Positions 31,443 to 36,809 of a stretch of 36,809 nucleotides of DNA are shown here, piece by piece; positions within the stretch are counted from its first letter, which is position 1; each line of letters starts with the position of its first letter. This DNA comes from Clostridia bacterium (GTDB lineage: Bacteria; Bacillota; Clostridia; Christensenellales; UBA1242), in contig JAZOQJ010000028.1 of the NCBI GenBank assembly GCA_045655985.1, positions 1 to 36,809 of the forward strand, in the 5' to 3' direction. The notes under the pieces were generated by a model. That model ran no database searches and had not been told where the DNA came from. It saw only the letters and a program-made list of their open reading frames with translations. A program made the translations under genes and the position numbers.

Positions 31443-31646
31443 ATGAAAATTTTTTGCGAAAGATTAAAAGAGTTGAGAATTGAAAATAATTTAACTATAG
31501 TAAAACTCGCTTCAGAATTAGGAGTTGAGCATTCAACTATTTCTAGATGGGAAAACAATATCGTTACACCTAGTATTGACCACTTGTATAATATAGCAAA
31601 ATTTTTTAATGTAACATCAGACTACTTAATTGGTTTGGAAGATTAA
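31443..31646 (+). CDS. small XRE-family HTH regulator (Cro-like arm of the divergent pair)
   Basis: The track ORF is 31401..31646. I start it at the ATG 31443, preceded by GGAGG at 31433..31437. It reads MKIFCERLKELRIENNLTIVKLASELGVEHSTISRWENNIVTPSIDHLYNIAKFFNVTSDYLIG, a canonical HTH_3 domain. Confidence 0.85.
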   Translation: MKIFCERLKELRIENNLTIVKLASELGVEHSTISRWENNIVTPSIDHLYNIAKFFNVTSDYLIGLED

Positions 31647-31665
31647 TTTATCAATCAATTACAAA

Positions 31666-31683
31666 GTGAGACACAGTATCAAT
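31666..31683 (-). promoter_or_regulatory. copy C of the ATTGATAC-N3-GTMTCAC quasi-palindrome
   Basis: The plus strand reads GTGAGAC-ACA-GTATCAAT, so the minus strand reads ATTGATAC-TGT-GTCTCAC (15/15 consensus positions). It lies between the XRE stop (31646) and the shared terminator. Confidence 0.5.
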
Positions 31684-31714
31684 AACATTATTTAATTACA
31701 GATATTTGGCGCGA

Positions 31715-31745
31715 CAAAAAAACAAGGCAATATGCCTTGTTTTTT
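31715..31745. terminator. bidirectional intrinsic terminator (XRE gene + / uvrA -)
   Basis: AAAAAAA-ACAAGGCA-ata-TGCCTTGT-TTTTT (stems 31722..31729 and 31733..31740). It overlaps the uvrA stop. Confidence 0.85.
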
Positions 31746-34557
31746 ATTGAATTAATTTTTGTTTTATAAATTCGCCAGTAATTGATTTTGGGTTATTTGC
31801 AACTTGTTCAGGAGTACCCACTGCCACAATTGTGCCACCTTGGTCGCCACCCTCTGGGCCTATATCAATAATATAGTCAGCAACTTTAATAACGTCTAGG
31901 TTATGCTCAATAACTACACAAGTGTTGTTTTCGCCAACTATTCGTTGTAAAATTTTAATAAGTTTATCAACATCTGCAAAATGAAGCCCCGTAGTTGGTT
32001 CATCTAAAATATACAACGTTTTACCTGTGCTTCGTTTACAAAGTTCTGTTGCAAGTTTAACCCTTTGCGCCTCGCCACCTGAAAGCGTAGTTGCGGGTTG
32101 CCCCAATTTAATATACCCCAAACCCACATCAAATAGCGCCTGCAATTTATTTTTGATTGACGGTATATTATTAAAGAATGCAAGAGCTTCCTCAATGGTC
32201 ATATTTAATACATCATAAATATTTTTACCTTTATATTTTACCTCTAAAGTTTCGCGATTATAACGTTTGCCATGACAAACTTCGCAAGGAACAAAAACGT
32301 CCGGTAAAAAATACATTTCAATTTTTTTAATGCCATCACCCGAACACGCCTCACATCTGCCACCACTTACATTAAACGAAAACCTACTTGGGCTGTAACC
32401 TCTTTCGCTTGAAAGTTGAGTTTTTGCAAACAATTCCCGTATTGCAGTAAACACGCCAACATATGTTGCAGGATTTGAACGTGGAGTTCTGCCTATAGGG
32501 CTTTGGTCTATAGAAATTACATTTGTAATATCCTCGTATCCTTCAATAGACTTATATTTGCCTTCAACTAACTTAGTTTTATTTAATTTATTTGAAAGCG
32601 CAGGAAGTAAAATATTTGTAACTAAACTCGACTTACCACTACCACTAACACCCGTAACGCAAGAAAGTGTACCTATAGGAAACTGTGCAGTAATATTTTT
32701 TAAGTTATGTTCTTTTGCTCCTGTAATTTTGATAAAGCCACGTGGCTCGCGCCTTACTTGAGGCACTTTTATTTTATATTCGCCACTCAAATATTTGCCT
32801 GTAAGTGAATTTTTATTTTTTATAATATCCTGTGCTGTTCCCTGCGCCACAATTTCGCCACCATGTATGCCAGCGTTTGGACCAACGTCAACAATATGAT
32901 CAGAAGCAAACATTGTATCTTCGTCATGCTCAACAACAATTACAGTATTTCCTAAATCTCGCAACTTTTTAAGAGTATCAATAAGTTTAACATTGTCGCG
33001 TTGATGAAGGCCAATGCTTGGTTCGTCTAAAATATAAATAACGCCCACGAGGCCACTACCAATTTGTGTTGCAAGCCTAATTCTTTGACTTTCGCCACCG
33101 GATAATGTACTGCTAGTTCGCGCCAAGGTTAAATAGCCTAGCCCTACATTTTTTAAAAAATTAAGCCTAGCATTAATTTCTTTTAAAATGCTTTTTGCAA
33201 TTTTTTGTTCAGTTTCAGTAAGTGGTAATTTTTCAAAAAATTCTAGTTCTTCCACCACAGGTAATTTACATAATTCGTCAATATTTTTACCGCCAACTTT
33301 TATACACAATATTTCTGGTTTTAATCTTTTGCCTTTGCAAGTTTCACACTCAGCATCAATCATGTATTTTTCAATTTCCGATTTAATCCACTCGCTAGTA
33401 GTTTGTAAATACCTGCGTTTTAAATTAGGAATAACGCCCTCATAACTTTTATTTAAACTACCTGTAAAGCCATAACTTGAGTACTTGACTTTTATTTTTT
33501 CGCCTTCACTACCATAAAGTAGTAAATTTATGATATCAGAGGGTAAGTTTTTTACAGGAGTATCTAACGAAAACCCATATTTTTTTGAAAGGGCACTAAA
33601 GTAAGATTTAGTCATTGAGCCATTATCCATGTTCCAACCACTAACCATCATAGCCCCTTCGTTTAACGATTTATTTTCATCCCCTATTACAAGTTTTTCA
33701 CTTATTTCCTTTTTAACGCCCAAACCTGAGCAATCAGGACAAGCACCATATGGAGCATTAAATGAAAACATACGCGGAGATATTTCTTCAAAACTAAAAC
33801 CACAAGTAGAACACGCGTAGTTTGTTGAAAAAACATAAGGTTCGTCATCTTTTACTATCATAACTTTATTTTCGGCAAGTTTTAAAGCTTGTTCAATACT
33901 TTCTGTAAGCCGAGAAATGCTATCTTCTTTCAAAATAATTCTGTCTAATACAATATTTATATCATGTTTTTTGTTTTTATCAAGAATAATTTCTTCATCC
34001 AAATCATACAAAGAGCCATCAACATACACCCTTGAATAGCCACTCTTTTTAAAATTTTCAAACTCTTTTTGATATGTCCCTTTTTTACCCTTAACCATAG
34101 GGGCTGTAATTATAATTTTTGTACCCAACCCAAATTCCATAACCTTATCAACAATTTGGTCAATAGTTTGATGGGATATCGGTTTTTTGCAATTAGGACA
34201 AAATGGTTTGCCAATGTTTGCAAACAATAGTCTGTAATAATCATAAATTTCTGTGATAGTTCCAACAGTAGAGCGCGGATTGTGACTGGTGGATTTTTGG
34301 TCTATAGCAACACATGGACTTAAGCCTTCAATTTGGTCAACGTCAGGCTTTTCCATTTGCCCTAAAAACTGGCGCGCGTAACTAGATAAACTTTCCATAA
34401 ACTTACGTTCACCTTCAGCAAAAATAGTGTCAAACGCCAAAGTGCTTTTGCCACTACCACTTACACCTGTAAAAACTATAAGTTTATTTCTTGGGAGTTC
34501 TAAATTAATATTTTTTAAATTGTTTTCACGAGCTCCCTTAATAATTATTTTTTCCAT
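31744..34557 (-). CDS. uvrA: excinuclease ABC subunit A
   Basis: 937 aa. MEKIIIKGARENNLKNINLELPRNKLIVFTGVSGSGKSTLAFDTIFAEGERKF. Two ABC modules (GVSGSGKS twice, LSGGESQR and LSGGEAQR) and zinc-finger Cys clusters are present. Confidence 0.95.
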   Translation of the reverse strand: MEKIIIKGARENNLKNINLELPRNKLIVFTGVSGSGKSTLAFDTIFAEGERKFMESLSSYARQFLGQMEKPDVDQIEGLSPCVAIDQKSTSHNPRSTVGTITEIYDYYRLLFANIGKPFCPNCKKPISHQTIDQIVDKVMEFGLGTKIIITAPMVKGKKGTYQKEFENFKKSGYSRVYVDGSLYDLDEEIILDKNKKHDINIVLDRIILKEDSISRLTESIEQALKLAENKVMIVKDDEPYVFSTNYACSTCGFSFEEISPRMFSFNAPYGACPDCSGLGVKKEISEKLVIGDENKSLNEGAMMVSGWNMDNGSMTKSYFSALSKKYGFSLDTPVKNLPSDIINLLLYGSEGEKIKVKYSSYGFTGSLNKSYEGVIPNLKRRYLQTTSEWIKSEIEKYMIDAECETCKGKRLKPEILCIKVGGKNIDELCKLPVVEELEFFEKLPLTETEQKIAKSILKEINARLNFLKNVGLGYLTLARTSSTLSGGESQRIRLATQIGSGLVGVIYILDEPSIGLHQRDNVKLIDTLKKLRDLGNTVIVVEHDEDTMFASDHIVDVGPNAGIHGGEIVAQGTAQDIIKNKNSLTGKYLSGEYKIKVPQVRREPRGFIKITGAKEHNLKNITAQFPIGTLSCVTGVSGSGKSSLVTNILLPALSNKLNKTKLVEGKYKSIEGYEDITNVISIDQSPIGRTPRSNPATYVGVFTAIRELFAKTQLSSERGYSPSRFSFNVSGGRCEACSGDGIKKIEMYFLPDVFVPCEVCHGKRYNRETLEVKYKGKNIYDVLNMTIEEALAFFNNIPSIKNKLQALFDVGLGYIKLGQPATTLSGGEAQRVKLATELCKRSTGKTLYILDEPTTGLHFADVDKLIKILQRIVGENNTCVVIEHNLDVIKVADYIIDIGPEGGDQGGTIVAVGTPEQVANNPKSITGEFIKQKLIQ

Positions 34558-34592
34558 ATTTCCACCTTTTTAAGCAGTACTACTACGCTTTA

Positions 34593-34610
34593 TTGATACC
34601 ACGTCTCACA
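34593..34610 (+). promoter_or_regulatory. copy A of the ATTGATAC-N3-GTMTCAC quasi-palindrome
   Basis: The plus strand reads ATTGATAC-CAC-GTCTCAC, 36-53 nt upstream of the uvrA ATG (34557) in the uvrB-uvrA spacer. Confidence 0.5.
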
Positions 34611-34675
34611 ATGGCAACGTTTGTTTTTGCCCACTACCTTTGTTGCCAGTAAATTACTGCGTTTAGCGCACACTA

Positions 34676-34693
34676 TTGATACCTTGTATCACA
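34676..34693 (+). promoter_or_regulatory. copy B of the ATTGATAC-N3-GTMTCAC quasi-palindrome (most symmetric copy)
   Basis: The plus strand reads ATTGATAC-CTT-GTATCAC; TGATAC/GTATCA is a perfect 6-bp inverted repeat. It lies about 20 nt after the uvrB stop. Coordinates may be off by 1 nt: my count through the nearby T-run disagreed by one base with the ORF track. Confidence 0.5.
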
Positions 34694-34711
34694 ACTTGCC
34701 CTTATATCAAA

Positions 34712-36676
34712 CTACTCACTAATCTTTTTTTGTAAGTTTTTAAGTTCGGCAATTTTATCCCTTAATTCAATTGCTTTTTCAAAGTCTAATTCTTTTGAAG
34801 CAAGCTTCATCATACTTGTTAAATTTTCAATCATTTTAGGAATTTCTTTAAGATTGATTTTTTCCTTTTTATCATCTTTTGAAGAAATATTAAGTGTGTT
34901 TTTAATTTCCTTAATAATTGTTTTAGGCACTATGCCATTAATTTTATTATAATTTTCCTGAATTGCTCTTCTTCTTTCAGTTTCTTGAATTGCCCTTTTC
35001 ATGCTGTCGGTCATTGTATCTGCATACATAATTACTTTAGCTTCGGCATTACGCGCAGCACGACCAATTGTTTGAACAAGTGATGTTTCGCTTCTTAAAA
35101 AGCCTTCTTTATCAGCATCAAGTATAGCAACAAGTTTCACTTCGGGAATATCCAAGCCTTCACGAAGCAGGTTAATACCTACAATAACATCAAAATCGCC
35201 TTTCCTAAGACCATTAATAATTTCAACCCTTTCTAAAGTTGTAATATCGCTATGCAAATATTTAACCTTAACCCCAAAATCAACTAAATAAGTTGTTAAA
35301 CTTTCTGCCATTTTTTTAGTAAGTGTAGTTACTAAAATTCTACCGCCATTTACAACTGTCTTATTAATTTCGCCAATAAGGTCATCAATTTGACCTTCAA
35401 TTTTTCTAACTTCTACCTTAGGGTCTAAAAGCCCTGTTGGCCTAATAATTTGTTCAACGACTTCGCCATTTGCCTCATTAAGTTCATATTTTGCAGGAGT
35501 CGCTGATACATAAATGGCTTGACCAATTCTTTCATTAAACTCCTCAAATTTTAATGGCCTATTATCAAAAGCACTTGTAAGCCTAAACCCATAGTCAACA
35601 AGCGCGCTTTTCCTCGCTTTATCGCCATTATACATTGCCCTTAATTGAGGAAGTGTTATATGGCTTTCGTCAACAAACAAAATAAAATCTTCGGGTAAAT
35701 AGTCAAGAAGTGTAAACGGTGGCTCGCCCGCATTACGACCATCAAAATACCTAGAGTAATTTTCAATGCCACTGCAAAAACCAACTTCGCGCATCATTTC
35801 AATGTCGTAATTGGTGCGTTCCTTTAGCCTTTGTGCCTCAATCAATTTGCCTTGTTCTTCAAAATTTTGAACCTGAATTTTGGCGTCTTTTTCTATTTCA
35901 TCAAGCACACTTAAAAGTTTATCACTACCAATTGCGTAGTGAGTTGCTGGATACAAACAAACATGTTTTAGTACGTTTAAAACTTTTCCACTAACAAGTT
36001 CAACTTCCTTAATTTTTTCAATTTCCTCATCAAAAAATTCAATCCTATACGCCCTTTCACTAGTGTAGGAAGGAATAACCTCAATTGTATCCCCCCGCAC
36101 CCTAAAAGTAGAACGAGTAAAATCAACGTCATTGCGTTCATACTGAATTTCTATAAGCCTTTTAATAACTTCATTCCTAGAAATTTTCATGCCCTCACGC
36201 AGTGAAAGTTGCAATCCGTAATATTCTTCAGGGTCACCCATACCATAAATACAACTTACAGACGATACAATAATAACATCCCGCCTTTCCATAACGCTAC
36301 AAGTTGCACTATGCCTTAGTTTTTCAATTTCGTCATTAACTTGACTTTCTTTTTCAATATAAGTATCGCTAGAAGAAATATATGCTTCTGGCTGATAATA
36401 ATCGTAGTAAGACACAAAAAACTCAACTGCATTTTTTGGGAAAAACTCCCTAAACTCATTACAAAGTTGAGCCGCTAAAGTTTTGTTGTGCGCAAGCACT
36501 AAAGCAGGCCTATTTGCTTTTGCAATTACATTTGCCATAGTAAAAGTTTTACCACTGCCTGTAACACCAAGTAAAACCTGACTTTTTAAGCCGTTATTTA
36601 AACCATTAACAAGTTTTTCAATCGCTTGTGGTTGGTCGCCGGTCGGCTTATACTTTGCTGACAACTCAAAATCCAT
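34712..36676 (-). CDS. uvrB: excinuclease ABC subunit B
   Basis: 654 aa. [26 protein letters not shown], Walker A GVTGSGKT, helicase motifs ([27 protein letters not shown]) and a C-terminal UVR domain ([18 protein letters not shown]). SD is AAAGGAGGA. Confidence 0.95.
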   Translation of the reverse strand: MDFELSAKYKPTGDQPQAIEKLVNGLNNGLKSQVLLGVTGSGKTFTMANVIAKANRPALVLAHNKTLAAQLCNEFREFFPKNAVEFFVSYYDYYQPEAYISSSDTYIEKESQVNDEIEKLRHSATCSVMERRDVIIVSSVSCIYGMGDPEEYYGLQLSLREGMKISRNEVIKRLIEIQYERNDVDFTRSTFRVRGDTIEVIPSYTSERAYRIEFFDEEIEKIKEVELVSGKVLNVLKHVCLYPATHYAIGSDKLLSVLDEIEKDAKIQVQNFEEQGKLIEAQRLKERTNYDIEMMREVGFCSGIENYSRYFDGRNAGEPPFTLLDYLPEDFILFVDESHITLPQLRAMYNGDKARKSALVDYGFRLTSAFDNRPLKFEEFNERIGQAIYVSATPAKYELNEANGEVVEQIIRPTGLLDPKVEVRKIEGQIDDLIGEINKTVVNGGRILVTTLTKKMAESLTTYLVDFGVKVKYLHSDITTLERVEIINGLRKGDFDVIVGINLLREGLDIPEVKLVAILDADKEGFLRSETSLVQTIGRAARNAEAKVIMYADTMTDSMKRAIQETERRRAIQENYNKINGIVPKTIIKEIKNTLNISSKDDKKEKINLKEIPKMIENLTSMMKLASKELDFEKAIELRDKIAELKNLQKKISE

Positions 36677-36731
36677 ACATTTCCTCCTTTAAATATTTTT
36701 AAATATTTATATTTTTCCCCTAAACGCAAAC

Positions 36732-36759
36732 ATTATATCACATTTTTTTGACTTTTCAT
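36732..36759 (-). promoter_or_regulatory. extended -10 promoter (ATGAAA-16-TGaTATAAT) for uvrB
   Basis: Minus strand: TGATATAAT (36740..36732), with a weak -35 ATGAAA about 16 nt upstream. No GAAC-N4-GTTC (Cheo/LexA) box is visible between it and the ATG. Confidence 0.4.
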
Positions 36760-36809
36760 AGACTTTTTTTTCGATTATTTTAAACATTTTATATCTTTAT
36801 TAATTTTTG

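Noticed and set aside
31313-31558. 81-aa minus-strand ORF spanning the XRE intergenic region
   Set aside because: It runs through both promoters and antisense to the well-supported 67-aa HTH gene. No SD is present.
29876-31646. Prophage or integrative element containing the XRE switch
   Set aside because: There is no integrase, recombinase, terminase, capsid gene, att-like direct repeat or adjacent tRNA gene. I saw no obvious compositional break by eye. The region is retained only as a possible remnant in the findings.
32004-33820. Short ORFs inside uvrA (32004..32195, 32027..32218, 32558..32761, 33188..33445, 33629..33820)
   Set aside because: They are alternative-frame or antisense to uvrA.
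31666-34693. The inverted orientation of motif copies A/B versus C, as the ends of an invertible DNA segment containing uvrA
   Set aside because: There is no recombinase or invertase nearby. Inverting a complete 2.9-kb housekeeping gene that shares an operon with uvrB makes no regulatory sense. Each 18-bp site is itself palindromic, so its orientation carries little information.
34558-36809. A canonical Firmicutes LexA (Cheo) box GAAC-N4-GTTC near the uvrB or uvrA promoters
   Set aside because: I looked in both upstream regions and found no match. Calling the TGATAC-N3-GTATCA motif a LexA box would be speculation, so it is reported only as an unknown operator.

Overview
Strongly AT-rich, Firmicutes-like chromosomal window. 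About 20 of 27 genes lie on the minus strand, and genes have Shine-Dalgarno sites, sigma-A type promoters and T-box leaders. Most of it is housekeeping. This includes archaeal-type aspS (3' end off the window) behind an Asp T-box, rlmB-sigH, cardiolipin synthase, an RlmD/RumA-type rRNA methyltransferase, an MscS-family channel, a Nudix-TrmH-pheS-pheT operon behind a Phe T-box, queH, and uvrB-uvrA. I saw no rRNA or tRNA genes, CRISPR arrays, transposases, integrases or phage structural genes.

The less ordinary content is:
- A 2,550-aa N-terminally anchored Tyr/Asn-rich giant protein. It sits beside an HxxxD acyltransferase, a zinc-ribbon membrane protein and cls.
- An 18-bp quasi-palindrome (ATTGATAC-N3-GTMTCAC). 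Three strong copies bracket uvrA, and a weaker fourth lies in front of the zinc-ribbon membrane gene.
- A divergent pair of small XRE regulators with three GTGCG-N4-CGCAC operators. It looks like a cI/Cro switch, but there is no prophage, only an orphan 351-aa protein downstream.
- Two genes with no Shine-Dalgarno site whose near-consensus promoters end exactly 6 nt before the ATG (leaderless candidates).
- A structured rlmB-sigH leader with an anti-SD / anti-anti-SD arrangement.
- Two tandem CPBP intramembrane proteases.

I found no clear-cut new multi-gene system. The repeated operator-like motif and the envelope gene cluster are the best leads. All calls come from reading and hand-translating the sequence; no database search was run.
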